A model generated the notes under the pieces. It did not search any database. It was not told where the DNA came from and worked only from the letters and a program-made list of their open reading frames with translations. From Balamuthia mandrillaris (Eukaryota): DNA of 64,000 bases. The stretch spans positions 124,001-188,000 of the forward strand of contig JAVKOQ020000059.1 in assembly GCA_031835245.2 (NCBI GenBank), written 5' to 3'. Both the position numbers and the translations under genes were made by a program. Below are positions 24,899 through 37,884 of the stretch, piece after piece; the first letter of the stretch is position 1; each line of letters begins with the position of its first letter.

Positions 24899-25337
24899 GC
24901 GTAAACCTTGCTGACTCTTATGTTTATTAACTTTTTCCATTGTTCAAGCGGAACTGTTTGCAGAGGAAGGAAATGAGATATACATCAAACCAGCTTCCTT
25001 GTATGCTCCTCTGGATGTACCATTTTCTTGGCTAACAGTACAAGCAGTTGCCAGGCAATACCATCAAATAGCCATTGGTATCTTCTTCTTCTTCTTTTTG
25101 TTCTTGTTCTTGTTCTTCTTCTTCTTCTTCTTGTTCTTCTTCTTGTTCTTCTTCTTCTTCTTCTTCTTCTTGTTCTTCTTCTTCTTCTTCTACCATAAAC
25201 TCACCCTAATTTTTTGTTAAGGGTATACCTATGGATTGGAGCGGATACCAGTGATCAATCCTCCACAATCAGAACCAATAACGTTTACTCGTCAGCATAA
25301 AGTCGTGGTTGTGGCCGAGGATGAGGAGGACGATTAA
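22545..25337 (+). CDS. CASTOR/POLLUX/DMI1-like cation channel (TM pore module + RCK domains)
   Basis: EAMWWAMVRMIDTGALE pore region, LEEKFEELRRGKSKVIDRNHTLILG, VVRQGSVYSPIDLRKV, QTSRQRGLAAIYADLLTFVGSEFY, ELFAEEGNEIYIKP, VINPPQS...VVVVAED. Confidence 0.88.
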
Positions 25338-25401
25338 AAACAGAACGATGCAGGTATAAACAATATAGTTTTGTTCTATTTTAAAACGCACATCCATCCA
25401 T

Positions 25402-26056
25402 TTAATTGACAGTCATCCTTTGGGGTTGAGAACTTGCATCGTCAGAGGAGAGAAGAGCTTCTATCTCTTCTCGATCATGGCGATGATGCCGATATGGATT
25501 TTGATGTTGGCGATGATGACGACGAGGAGGGTTGTGCTGATGACGAGAATGATGATGATGACGATGCGCACTATTCCGAGAAGAAGATAAAGAAGACGAA
25601 GGCCGTCCGGTTCGTTGTTGTTGCTGTTGTTGAAAGAGACGATGTTGTTGCGCTTGATGCTGCATGAGTTGTTCTTGCAACTGCTTCTCCTCGTAGTACT
25701 TTTTCGCCATTTCGAGGAGATACTTTTTGACCACCACGTAAAGCCCCAGCTTGCGCGAAAGGAACAAAACTAAGCCCGTCAAGATGAAGAACAGCCCAGC
25801 AAAGTTGAAGAGACTTCCTTGAGAGTCCCATTTGAGGACACGGTTTCCCATTACAGGCCTCAAGTGGAAGGCGATGGCCACCAGAGGTAGACGAACGGTA
25901 TTGGCAATGTAAGCAATCGCGGCTGAGCCGTGCTTCACCACCATCAAAGTACAGAGGTTGAATAGAAAGTTGCCGATGATATACCCCACCACTGGCACCC
26001 ATGCTTTTAAAAATAGTCAAACAGGAGAGAAGAATATGAGAACAGGAACGGAACGA

Positions 26057-26097
<41 letters not shown>

Positions 26098-26098
26098 A

Positions 26099-26132
<34 letters not shown>

Positions 26133-28221
26133 ACGAACCTAGGTGACAGTCGTCATCGGGTCTAGTATTGATCCCGATGAAGCACCTCCCTCCGTCGGAG
26201 ACAGCGCCAGGAAGGCCCTGGATGGAACTGTCGCCTACCTTGGGCACAGCATCAAATGGACACAACAATATAGACATCAACAACTGAAAGAACGCAGACC
26301 ATGCTTGTAGATATACAATGTTAACTCCCTGTTGTAGTCAACTAGTTTAGCAAAAGTTTGCCAATGAGGGCAGATGGAGGAGCAAGAGAAAGCACTGACC
26401 GTTTGTCGAAGAGTGAATTCCTTATAAACAACAGAAAGGCTGAGAGGTACCGTGGCACAGGCAAACACTCCGTGATACAGAAGCGCGTTCCAATCGGGGA
26501 ACCTCAACGTGGGATACAGAGAAGTAAACACACCAAACAGAACGACACCAGCACCACAATATTCCACCACATGATATCTGTTTTGTTTATTTTGTGAGAC
26601 TCAAGTTCGAAAAGAGGGGAAAGAGGGAGAACGAGCAAAGAGAGAAGAGGGAGCAAAGGTACTTGATTTTCAGAAAGAAGATTGAAAGGAGCATTGTAAT
26701 GGGGATGACTCCTTGAAACAACAGTGATTGAAGACTGCCATCTGTCCCACCCCCTCCATACACCTTTCAGAAAAGTACATGATAACAATTGTAAGCAAGA
26801 AAGGGCAAATGAGCAGGAGAAGCGAAAGAAGGAGGATACCAATAAAATACCAGACATGGCATCCAGAGAGCCCATGATGAAGAACTTCCACTTAGGACAG
26901 TCGAATGCGCGTCGAGCCGCCCTTAACTTAGCCTCCAACGCCTTCCTCTGCTTCTTCGACAGAGCCGCCATGCCCTTACTGACAGAAGGGCCTTCTCTTG
27001 GTCCTTCTTCATTACGTACCAACCGCCGCCTTCCCTCCTCTTCCACCAACTCGCCCGTTCGGTTATTCGTCCTATCCACCATCTCTTCTTCCATTGATAA
27101 AGAATTGAACGCCATGATCTCCTCCTCTCCAGCTTCCACATCCATCTCGTCTCCTCCTCCTCTTCGTCATCCTCCTCTTCATCAAACTCATCTTCAAACG
27201 CTTCTTCTTCTTCATAGTAATCGGAGGACGAACGCAGCCGCTGTCGTCTTTGCTGCCGCCTCTGTCTTCTCCGCAGCTTTGTTCTCTTGCTCATCATGCT
27301 GTGATAGAGCTTAGCCTGGCGGAGGTTCTTCTGCTCCACGTGCAGGTAGAGCAGGCTAGCATAGGCTATGCAAAAGTAGAACGGCAGGGAGCCGGCTATC
27401 ACCGCCAGCGAGAGGAAGTAATGGTAGTTGGGCATGGCGTCCGTCATCTTCTTGAAGCACACGGCAGCAAAGGTGGCGGTGGCCACCAACGCCACCCCAT
27501 AGAAGAAGGACATGAGGAGGGAGCGGAGGTCGCCTTGCTCCCCCGCCAGCAGCACCACTGGCCATTGCTTTAGCCAGTCAGGAGAGGAGGCGTCGCCTTG
27601 TTGTTGAGGTTGGGGTTGAGATGGAGAGTGTTGTTGTTGTTGCTGAGGATGATGAGGACGGGGACGAGAGGGAGGTCTTTCCGCCTCTTCTCGTTGGCTG
27701 TCAAGTTCGTCGTCGTCTTCTGCTTCTTCCACCTCCTCCTCCTCTTCCTCGTCATCGTGAAAGCTGTTGGCTATTCTAGTAGGAGAAATTGGGGTGGAGG
27801 TTGGAAAGGGCCGTTTAGAGTCGCTCAGGTCTTTGCCCGTTCGGCGGGTAGTGTCGTGCGAGGTGAGGTCCTCCTCTACTTCCAGAACTGCAAGTCGTTC
27901 TTTGCCCTTGGGTTCCTCTTCTTCGTCTTGCTCTCCTTCTCCTGCTCCCTGTTGTTGTTGTGGTCTTTGCGAAAGAGGAGGAGGAGAAGCAGGAGGAGGG
28001 GAGGGAGAACGAAGAGCAGAACCGCGGTTGGCGTTCTCGGAGGAAGAGGAGGAGAGCAGAAAAGAATGAGTGAAAAAGGGAGAGGAGCTTAAGGAGGAGG
28101 AGGAGGAAGAAGATTCCTCTGTTGAGGAGGGCGGGTCATCGTCTATGCCACCAAAGCTGTCCTCTGCCCCGTCCTCCTCCTCAGAAGAGGAGGAGAAAGG
28201 GTCCAAGGGTCGTCCTTCCAT
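25402..28221 (-). CDS. CRT-like (chloroquine resistance transporter/CLT family) DMT transporter with long acidic N-terminus
   Basis: FKKMTDAMPNYHYFLS, PKWKFFIMGSLDAMSGILL, QSLLFQGVIPITMLLSIFFL, YLQAWSAFFQ, FNLCTLMVVKHGSAAIAYIANTVRLPL. Confidence 0.88.
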
Positions 28222-28656
28222 TCCACTTTTTTCTTTTCTTTTCCTTTCTTCTATTTTTTTTTTGTTATACTTTTGTCCACTCTCCTATCCTGGCCAGCTT
28301 TTTTTTAGTGGTCTCTCGCGTCCTGGCTCAAGCCCGGAGAATTCTGTGTCGACATGAAGAAATCCCAATCTCACGTCTCCTCTCCTGCCCTTCTCCTGCT
28401 CTCATGTCCTGGAGGGCCATTTTTGCTTTAGCGTCGAGTTTTTCTTCGTCAAACAAGAGGAAAGGGTTTTGTGGCTGTTATAGTATAATAAGAGGTGTTT
28501 TTTTTTTGTTTTTTGAAAAAAAAATATATCAGTTTTACAATGATAAAAGAGAGAAAGGAAGAACTCTATAAATAAACGAAAGGAGGAGTATGACTGCCGT
28601 CCATCCACTTTGTTGCTGTACACCTCACCACCCCACCATCCATTCCTCAACCAAAA

Positions 28657-29174
28657 CTAAGGAGGCTTTGTTAGTTCTCGTTCTTGCTCCTCTTTTCGGT
28701 GTTGTCTTCGCTGTTCCTCATCGTTTTGTTGTCGATTCTGTTGTTGTGACAATCGAGCAATAAACCGTGCTGGTACAAACGAAGCTCCTCCTCCACCAGA
28801 ACGATATCCCGGTTTCACACTCGTAATAGTGCTCACACAAGGCGTCCACTGACTCAACTCTTCTTCATCCCTCAAACATCCCAACGCAGAAGTTGAAGGC
28901 GGCGCTCTCAATCTCTCCTTGAAGTGTTGCATGTCTCCCTCCACAAGCGCTCGCTTATGCGCCACGACCTGCTCGCGAATGGAGTGAGCGATGCAGACCT
29001 GAAACTCACGGCTGAGGCCGAGGTCCCTGCACAGCATGGCCGCGAAGCACTCGGGCGTGATCGGGTTGTTGCTGCTGGTGTCCCATTCAAACTGGTCCGT
29101 CAGCGAGACGCCGTTCACCGTTAGTCGAAGCTATCGTTTATGTTTCGTTTTTGTTTTTGTTTTGTTGGTTGCAC

Positions 29175-29216
<42 letters not shown>

Positions 29217-29332
29217 AAGAGAGAAGAGAGCAATGAGGCAAGAAGAGAGAATGAGAATGAGAGAAGAGAGCAAAGAGCAGAGAGAGAGAGAGAGCGCGCA
29301 GAGAGGATAGAACGTGAACACGGAAGAGAGAG

Positions 29333-29372
<40 letters not shown>

Positions 29373-29851
29373 AAGTGAACAGAGAAGAGAGAGAGCAGAA
29401 AATATAATAATTTAAGAACAAAAAATTTGGAAGAACAGAAAAAAGAAAGGAATACCTGAATGAGCATGAGAGAGTCGCGCAGGTGAGGCGGCGGTCGGAT
29501 GGTGCGCTGGGCGGCTCGCCACTTTTGGGAGGCGCTCAGCTGCCGTTGCACGCTGCTGGCGATGAGCGCTTCGAACCGTTCCGGAAAATCCATCTCTATG
29601 CACAACGTTTTGGCAAATTGTTCTGGCGTCACTGAGGTTTCTGTTTCGTATTTTGGTTTAAGTGGAAGCTGATGAGAAAATGTTTTTTTTTTTTGTGCGA
29701 GTCTCATCAATCTCGACTCGCGCAAAATATACAAAAATTACGCACCATTTAAATCCCACACAAAAGTGTCCTTGAGGGCAATCCCATCAAGAAAAAGGTC
29801 CAATCGTATGGGCACGAGGCTGTCCTCCTCTTCACCGCTGTTATCCTCCAT
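28657..29851 (-). CDS. SNF5: SWI/SNF core subunit SNF5/SMARCB1-like (Rpt1 + Rpt2)
   Basis: LVPIRLDLFLDGIALKDTFVWDLNETSVTPEQFAKTLC; LTDQFEWDTSSNNPITPECFAAMLCRDLGLSREFQVCIAHSIREQV. Confidence 0.9.
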
Positions 29852-30101
29852 GGAGCTTCGGTTGCAAAAGAACAAGCAAGCCTTTACCTACCCCCCCTCT
29901 CTCCAAGAACGAAAAGGCCGCTCTTTGGGGCTTCTTTCTTTTCGGTTCGTGTTTACCATGTCGACATGGAATAATTTTCACGTCGACGCGAAGTGTTTAT
30001 TTTTATTTTTTCTTTATTTTATTTTATTTTATTTTTTTATTTATTATTTTTGTAGTTTTTTTTTTCGTTTTTTTTTTTCTTTAAAGGAGAAGTGAGTGGG
30101 T

Positions 30102-31434
30102 TCATTCTGGCGGGGCTTCCACCACCACCAGCGTGTGGTCGATGCCAGGGGCAAGGTGCACCACCTTATGGCCGGCCAAGCCAGGAATGGGGGTCGGCGT
30201 GGCAATCCCTTCGGGTGCGTTGGGAAGGCCCAGTCTCCCTTCGGCGGCCAGCCCAAAGGCGTAGACGGTTCCATCGGCGGTGCAGACGAAGGATTGGCCA
30301 CCGCCGGCGTGGATGCTCTTCACGTCCTTGTCGTCAAAGAAGTCGATCTTCTCGGGGATGGAGGAGTCGTGGTTGTCGCCGTGGCCGAGACGGCCATAGC
30401 CTCCATAGCCCCAACTGTAAACTTCTCCTTTCACTGTATGCCATGTTGGATGTGAGAAGAAGAAGAAGATGACGATGAAGCTAAAGAATAGCAGAAGAAA
30501 GGTAATTGTAGATACAATAAAGATGAAACAAGAATGAAGTGAGATAGAACACATGAGAAACATACGAACCTGTGAGGGCAAGTGAGTGAGCGCCACCGCA
30601 AGCCACATCTTCCACCGCATCGGGAATGCTCTCTATTGCGGTGGGGTGCATTAGGACGCCCTTCTTGCCATGTCCTAGCTGACCTATCTCCGAACTTCCA
30701 AAGGTGTATATATAGCCATCCTCTCCCAACAAGGCCGAAAAGTCGGTGCCACAACGCACCTTCTTGACTCTCACAGCCCTTGTGTCCAACAGCACTGGCT
30801 CCCGCACTATGTCAGGTGAACCATTGCCCACTTGACCATCCACTCCGAAGCCCCATCCCCATACCCTCTGATCATCTTTTGTTGTGTGAGCAAGGAAATG
30901 AGATGGAGAAGAAAGAAGAAGAAGGAGAAGGAGAAGGAGGAGGAGGAGAAGCAGCTAAAGTAAAATTAAAAAGAGGGGAACCTGTAAGGGCCAAACTATG
31001 GTCCAAACCGCAGGCGATTTCAGTTATGGCCCCCGATTTTCTCAGCTTCTCCAGACGGACAGGCTGGGGTACCCCTTCTTTTTGGCCCTCTACAATGCCT
31101 ACCTGGCCCAAGTCGTTGTCTCCCCATGCAAACACCTCTCCCCTAGCTACCATTATGTTAGAGAAGTCCAGAAGGAGCGAAAGGCAGAGGAACTAAGGAA
31201 GGAAGAAGCAAGCAAAGAGGAAAGGAGAATGGGAGCAACAGTACTGTTCAAGGCAACCGTGTGGTGCCTTCCACAGCAAACGGTTTTCAACTTGAGCGCT
31301 CTGCAAGACTCCACATAGGTGGGATAATAGGCGTTTGCACCTCGATGAGGTATTCCCAAAGCCAGGCCAGCTGTACCCCACGAGTAAACCTCTTGTTCCT
31401 CTGAACCATTCCGTTTAGTTGGAAGAGAAGAAGC

Positions 31435-31479
<45 letters not shown>

Positions 31480-31987
31480 ACCTGTGATGACCATGTTTTG
31501 CGACCAAGAGGCAGAGGCATGGATGAATCGCTTCCGCAGGGGCGCTTCCTGCAGAATGGTTGGCTCGGAGACCGATTCCATGGCGGCACCAAACCCCAAC
31601 TGACCCAAATCGCCCCTCCCAAAGGTCATCAGCGCATGAAATGCTGTTTCGAAAACGCAATTTGAAACATGAACGATTAACCAGTGCAGCTGCTACTTTT
31701 TTTTGATGAGAGAACACCACAAGCACAAAAAGGAACGTACGACGCTGTAGCCGTCGTGGCTGGATGGAGTAGCGCCGGTGGAGAGGAGTGGTGCCAACGG
31801 GTCGGTACCACTGGGAGCCGCAGTGCCCGCGTACCCGATGGGCCATCTTTGCCAAAGCCGGACGCTCCGCTGCCACCCCGGACAGGAGGGCAAACCAGGA
31901 AGGGCGCTGCTGCTGGCGGCTTCTCATCTTGCTTTCTTGTTTTTTTAGGGAGACTCTCCTGTCCATGCGGCACTCTCCTGTCTGCAT
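30102..31987 (-). CDS. RCC1-repeat beta-propeller protein with Arg-rich N-terminus (possible mitochondrial RCC1L-like)
   Basis: Repeats TFGRGDLGQLG, VFAWGDNDLGQVG, IACGLDHSLAL, VYSWGYGGYGRLGHG. Intron phase selects the MQTG/MRSR... frame for exon 1; start may be 31927. Confidence 0.82.
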
Positions 31988-32569
31988 ACGTCATCGATCG
32001 TAGATCATCTTTTCCCTCGCCCATTGTGCTTGATCCTCTTTCCTCATCGATCTCTCACGGATGGGGTTGCTTTACGACTAAACTCCTCCCCACTCTGGAA
32101 AAGCTATTGAGAGGTTCACACGCAGAAAAGTGAAGGACTTTTCCCCACCTTTTACAAACTCATTTCTATATTTTTTTTTCTTACTTTCCTTTCTGCTGCT
32201 AGTGTAAACAAGGAACCCCTTCATACAGTACTTGTCTTTCACTCAAACCTTTCATACGAGAGAGATGGAGAGAATGAGTCAACCGAACAAACAAGAATAT
32301 GAAAAGAAATGGTTTTATGGGTAGGGATGTGTAAGCAAATGCCGACGGATACTTGGCACTGTTTTAAGAGGTTGAAACGCAGCAACCCAAAGCGCCCGTC
32401 TCCCTCACTCAGGAACCCATGCAGGATGCTCGTGACTCCGCCATGGCGGGCGGCATATTTCTAGAAAGAAACAGAGGAGACAAAGCATCAGGCCATGGTC
32501 CACCAATAGGCGAATTCTAAAATCTCCAACTTATGCGCATTGGAGGAAGGAACTCCCCGAAGCAGCGCC

Positions 32570-32576
32570 TATAAAA
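32570..32576 (+). promoter_or_regulatory. Putative TATA box upstream of the SDR gene
   Basis: TATAAAA about 50 bp before ATG 32627, with CCAAT near 32503. Confidence 0.5.
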
Positions 32577-32626
32577 CCACAAAAAAGTTCAATCCCACAC
32601 AAACATTACCAACAAACAACGCAAGG

Positions 32627-33493
32627 ATGGAAGACTCGCAGGCATACAAGGTGGTGGTAATAACAGGGGCCAGCCAGGGCATAGGCCTGACACTCGCCCA
32701 ACAGCTGGCCGCCAGCAACCACCACCAAGCGGAGCAGCAGCCCAAGTACAAGCTGGTGCTGGCCGCTCGCTCACGGGAGGCCCTGGAGGAGGCGGCCAAC
32801 GCTCTCAACGAACAGGTCGCCGACAAGAGCTTTGCGCCCGTGGCCGTGGCCGTGCAGGCCGACGTCAGCAAGCGGGAGGACCACAAGCGGTTGCTCCAGA
32901 GCGCCATCGATGCCTTTGGCAGGGTGGACGTCTGGGTCAACAACGCCGGTCGCGGGATCACCAAGCCGGTGCTGGAGCTCACGGACGAGGACTTTGACGA
33001 CATGATGCTGGTCAACTGCAAGTCGGTGCTCTACGGCATGCAAACAGTGGTGCCCTACTTCAAGCAACAAGGCCGCGGGCACCTCATCAACGTATCCTCC
33101 GTGCTGGGCCGCCTGCCCTTCGCCTCCATCCGCTCCGCCTACAGCGCCGCCAAGCACGCCGTCAACTCCCTCACCTGCACCATGCGGATGGACCTCCTGA
33201 GGGAGGGCTTCCAGGACATCCACGTCACCCTGTTCTCCCCAGGCGCCGTGGCCACGGACTTTGGGCTCAACGCCCTGCACGGCGGGCCGGACAACCGGCA
33301 GCTGCCTGGGGCGCAGCCCGTGGAGGAGGTGGCGGAGGCCCTGGTCGATGCCATCCGCCGCCCCCGCGCCGATGTCTACTCCAGAGAGGCCTACCGCACC
33401 GCCGTGGCGGCCTATTACTCTGCCGAGAGGGTGGAGGAGATCGAGGCCAAGCACGCCGCCAGTCCTGTGCCCATCCTTTCCACCGCAAAGTAA
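32627..33493 (+). CDS. Short-chain dehydrogenase/reductase, intronless
   Basis: TGASQGIG, VDVWVNNAG, INVSSVLG, catalytic YSAAK, FSPGAVATDF. Confidence 0.93.
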   Translation: MEDSQAYKVVVITGASQGIGLTLAQQLAASNHHQAEQQPKYKLVLAARSREALEEAANALNEQVADKSFAPVAVAVQADVSKREDHKRLLQSAIDAFGRVDVWVNNAGRGITKPVLELTDEDFDDMMLVNCKSVLYGMQTVVPYFKQQGRGHLINVSSVLGRLPFASIRSAYSAAKHAVNSLTCTMRMDLLREGFQDIHVTLFSPGAVATDFGLNALHGGPDNRQLPGAQPVEEVAEALVDAIRRPRADVYSREAYRTAVAAYYSAERVEEIEAKHAASPVPILSTAK

Positions 33494-33551
33494 ACAACAT
33501 CATCCTCTTTTTTTTCACGGTTTTATAAATAATAGGTTTTTCTTCTGTGCG

Positions 33552-35355
33552 TTACTCCTGCTGTTGTTCTTGTTTTTCTTCCTTCTCTTCTGTCTGTGCT
33601 TCTTCCTTCTCTTCGGCATCACCTTGCTCTTCGGTCTTACCCTTGCCCTTGTCGCTATCGTCTTCTTCCTTCTCGGGTACTTGCGCTGCGGAAGAAGATG
33701 AAGAAGACGAGGAACCAGCGTCTTTGTCATTCGTAGTTTTTTCCTTGAGGCCAGCGCTTTCTTCATCGGCATCCCATTGAGGAGCAAAGAGAACCTTGCC
33801 ACGGCTCATGTTACCAACGTATGCAGCCAAAGCCTCGCCAAAACGCTCCAATGGATAGCATGCACTTTGTTGCAAGCAAATAAGTCAGCATTCTGTAGTG
33901 AGATAGAGGAAGGGGAGGAGAAGAGAGTATACCTCACGTCAGACTTGAGAGTGGTGCTGAGTTGAGACTTGAGCTTTCTCATCCACAACAAAAGGCCCAC
34001 CACGTTCTTGCGTTTGATGTATGGCGTCAACCAGAAGCCCTCCACTTTCTTTTCCTCAAAGATAAAGTCAGAGGGTCTTATCTTAACGGCTGCATCTGCC
34101 AGTCCTCCGTACACTTTAACAATGCTTCCTGTTGAGCATCATGATTGTTAGTTATTCATTACCAAGTTTCATCAACTATCAAGTGGACACTCGGGTGCCT
34201 CACTTGGTGGAGAAGGAGAGAGGGGTAGAGAGAGAGCACACCTCGGGGCATGTTGTGAAGAATCTGTCCTGTCAGGTCGCCAGCCACAGCATCAAAAGCA
34301 AGTTTGCATCGCAAATCTTGGCACAGCTTCTTGAAATCCTTCTCCCATCCTTTGTTTCTAATAAAAGATTCCTTTGTAAGAAGGAGAATATGAACAAACA
34401 AGTACGAGAACAAGCAGAACGTACGATGTGTTGAAAGTGGCAACGGCTCCAAGGGCCTTAAGTTCTTCAACTTGTTCCTCACGACGCACTGTGCCAATGA
34501 TGCCGATGCCCTCCGTCTTGGCAGCCCTGATCAGCATTTTGCCTAAGGCGGATGCAGCGGCCGTGTGAACGATGTACTTTTGTCCAGCAGCCTTTGCGAT
34601 CTCGAGGAAAGCCAATACTGTTAACGGATTTACAAACGCACTGTTCACAAAAGAAAGAAAGAAAGACAGAAACAAACGACAAGAGACAACAAGAAAGAAA
34701 AGAGACCACAGAGCAGTTAGCGTCATTTCAGATGATAACAAAAGCAAGCACAAGCGGAGGAATGTAGAACCTAGCACCAGTCTCGAAGGACACATCAGCA
34801 GGAAGGTCGACGCACTGGGTGGCAGATGCCACAACGTATTGAGACCAGGCATGAACTCCTTTGCCTCCTACCTATATTTGTTTTAATTCTTGTTTAGAAG
34901 AGACGAATAAATGGGAAAACAAAAATGGGGGGGTACTGTACAAAGGCCACACGCTTGCCTTGAAGAGACCATCCCAAGAGGCCACCTCCATTAGCAACGA
35001 CAGTTCCACTGCCCTCTGCCAAAAACAAACCAGGGTCATTCAGTTTGATGGAAGAGAGAGAGAAACTCTCTTTCGAACAAAACAACAAAAAAAAACTCTG
35101 CTTACCAAAGCCAGGAATAAGAGGAAGTCCTTCGTTGGAGGTGGAGTCGTAAGAGCCCTTGAGGCAGCCAAGGTCAGAGGGGTTGATGGGGCTGCGCTCC
35201 ACCTTGACGAGGACCTCCCCGCTCTTGGGCTTGGGGACGTCCACCTCCTGCACCTTGAAGTGCTCGCTGTAGTCCTCCGCCTCTGCCGAGAATTGTCCCA
35301 GCCAGGAGGTGAGGCACAAGGCCTTCATTTTTGGTGGCACGGCGGTTGAACTCAT
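33552..35355 (-). CDS. MDR-family NADPH oxidoreductase (enoyl-reductase/quinone-reductase-like)
   Basis: VPKPKSGEVLVKVERSPINPSDL, AFVNPLTVL, HTAAASALGKML, AFDAVAGDLTG, FIFEEKKVEGFWL, GKVLF. Confidence 0.88.
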
Positions 35356-35756
35356 CGTAGGAGAAAAGAGTAGCAGTGCGTGGCAAACGAGTGTGGTTCT
35401 CTCGAGTCTGCTCGCTACGTTTTTTTTTTTTGTGGGGGTAATTCGTAGCTTTCCTTTTATTGCTTCGGGGAATTGTAGTTTCTTCCATTGGCGGGACAAT
35501 AAATTCCCCGTCATTAGATGGAGATTTCCGTCGGCAATTCTCGGTTGTCGACACGGCCACGTCAGATTTGCCCGATAAGGGAAAACACCGGAGTTTCGCT
35601 GTCCGCCTGACCGTTTAAGGAAGAGAAAAAACCAAAAGGAAAAAAAAAGGTAAAGAAATTCACCACTGAAGCGAGAAGCCAAAGCCCAAGCAACCAGCCC
35701 AGCCCTCCCCTCACCAAAACCTGTTTTCTTCCACGCGTACTACTGCTTCTCGAACT

Positions 35757-37509
35757 ATGGACAAAGCAAAGGAAAAAGGAATGCCCTACGGAGACTACGG
35801 TTTGTTTTTATTTATTTATTTTGGATCCCTTTATTATTTTTTTCTGGGTTGTTTATTATGGCGGAGGGGAGTTTTTCTGTTTCTCTAAACGTACCGTTCC
35901 GTTCTTTTGATCAACTATAACCTATTCCACCACACTCCCAAAAAAAAAGGATTCGGAACGCGTGCTATTCATGCTGGCCAGCCTCCTGATCCCGTAACCG
36001 GAGCTGTCATTGTTCCCATCTCCATGGCCACTACCTTTCAACAAAGCTCACCAGGCGTTCACCAGGTTCACTACATCTCTGCTACCCTTTTGCTGTTGTT
36101 GTTTCTTTGTCTTCTCCCTTTGTTTCCTCTCCAATGTGTTCTTATTTTAACCTAAAAAAAAACCAATTGTTTGTGGGCCCACCAAACCCAAACAGGGCTA
36201 TGACTATTCGCGGAGTGGCAACCCTACTCGTCTCGCCTATGAGAACAACGTTGCGGCATGTGAGAATGCCAAATACGGTATATTATTCTTCTCTTCTTCT
36301 CTGTGCTTCTTTCTTTCTCTTTGTTATAGAATGCTCACTTTGATCGCTCAAAAACACAAAACCAACTGAAACCAAAAGGTATTGCAATGTCCTCTGGCAG
36401 CGCCACAACGGTCACCATTTTGCACCTTTTGAGCAAGGACGACCACGTAGTGGCCATGGATGACTGCTATGGCGGCACCTACCGTTATTTCACTAAAGTG
36501 GCCACTCCGATGGGCCTCAACTTCACTCTCATCGATTTTAACGTGGAAGGAGCCCTCGAAGGCGCAATCACTCCTAAAACAAAGGTTATTATCAACCTGC
36601 ATTACCTTCGAACTTTCATGTTGATCTGACACGCTCTTTTTTCTCTTCCCCTCTTTCCATTGCTGAATACAGTTGATTTGGATGGAGACACCGACTAATC
36701 CAATGCTGAAGATAGTGGATATTGCTAAAGTCGCTGAAATCGCGAAGAAGAATAACTTATTGCTGGTAGTTGACAACACATTTATGTCTCCTTACTTCCA
36801 AGTACGCATTGTTGTTGTTGTTGTTGTTCTTCTTCTTCTTCTTCTTCTTCTTCTTTTTCTTCTTCTTCTGCTCCTCCTCCTCCTCCTCTCGTAAGTAACG
36901 TCCCAACCACAAAGAATCCACTGGATTTGGGAGCCGACATGGTAATGCACTCTGTCAGCAAGTATATCAACGGTCACTCGGATGTCATTGGTGGAATCGT
37001 TTGTACTAATAACGAGCAGCTGCACACTAGACTCCGTTTTTTGCAAAATAGTATGTTTAGCTCCTTTTAATTCTACACGACGCATTTTTTGTTCTCTGCT
37101 CACTCTTTTCGTTCTCTCTTTGCTCACTCTTCCAACAACAGGCATAGGAGCCGTGCCAAGTCCAATGGATTGCTTCCTGATTACTCGTGGCATGAAGACT
37201 CTCCATGTTCGCATGCGCCAACACGAGGCCAATGCCATAGAAATCGCCAAGTTCCTCGAGGCACACGACAAGATCGAAAAAGTGGTCTATCCAGGATTGC
37301 CCACTCACCCTCAACACGAACTCGCCAAGAAGCAAATGAAGGGCTTTGGTGGCATGGTCACGTTCTACGTGAAGGGTGGCTTGGAGGGAGCACGCACCCT
37401 TCTTTCTAACCTTAAAATTATTGCTTTGGCCGAGAGCTTGGGCGCTTGTGAAAGCTTGATTGAGAGCCCGTAAGCCTTATCTCTTTTCTTCGGGTTTTCT
37501 CTTTTTTGA

Positions 37510-37543
<34 letters not shown>

Positions 37544-37695
37544 AAAGGGCAATAATGACCCATGCCTCGGTCCCACCTGAGGAGCGGGCGAAGCTTGGCA
37601 TTTCCGATTCTTTGTGTCGTTTGTCTGTTGGTATTGAGGACGTTGAGGACCTCCTTGCTGACCTTGCTTCTGCTCTTGATAAAGTAGAGTGCTAG
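35757..37695 (+). CDS. CTH: Cystathionine gamma-lyase (PLP-dependent, Cys/Met metabolism family)
   Basis: [58 protein letters not shown] (PLP lysine), [19 protein letters not shown]. Confidence 0.93.
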
Positions 37696-37804
37696 TACCA
37701 TTTTTTTCCCTTATCAAATAAAAATCCACCAACACAAAATGAAGACTCTTTTTCGTTGAGGAACAACCCTTTTCCATCAGCGCATAACTTTCGAACAAAG
37801 TTGA

Positions 37805-37835
<31 letters not shown>

Positions 37836-37884
37836 AGAAAGAGGGGAATAAGTTTCGGCTTTTATTTAAACGAAGCAAAAAATA

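Noticed and set aside
26829..26839. GTATCCTCC donor in the CRT-like gene resembling a U12 5' splice site
   Set aside because: It deviates from GTATCCTTT and no CCTTAAC-like branch site is visible near the acceptor; treated as U2-type.
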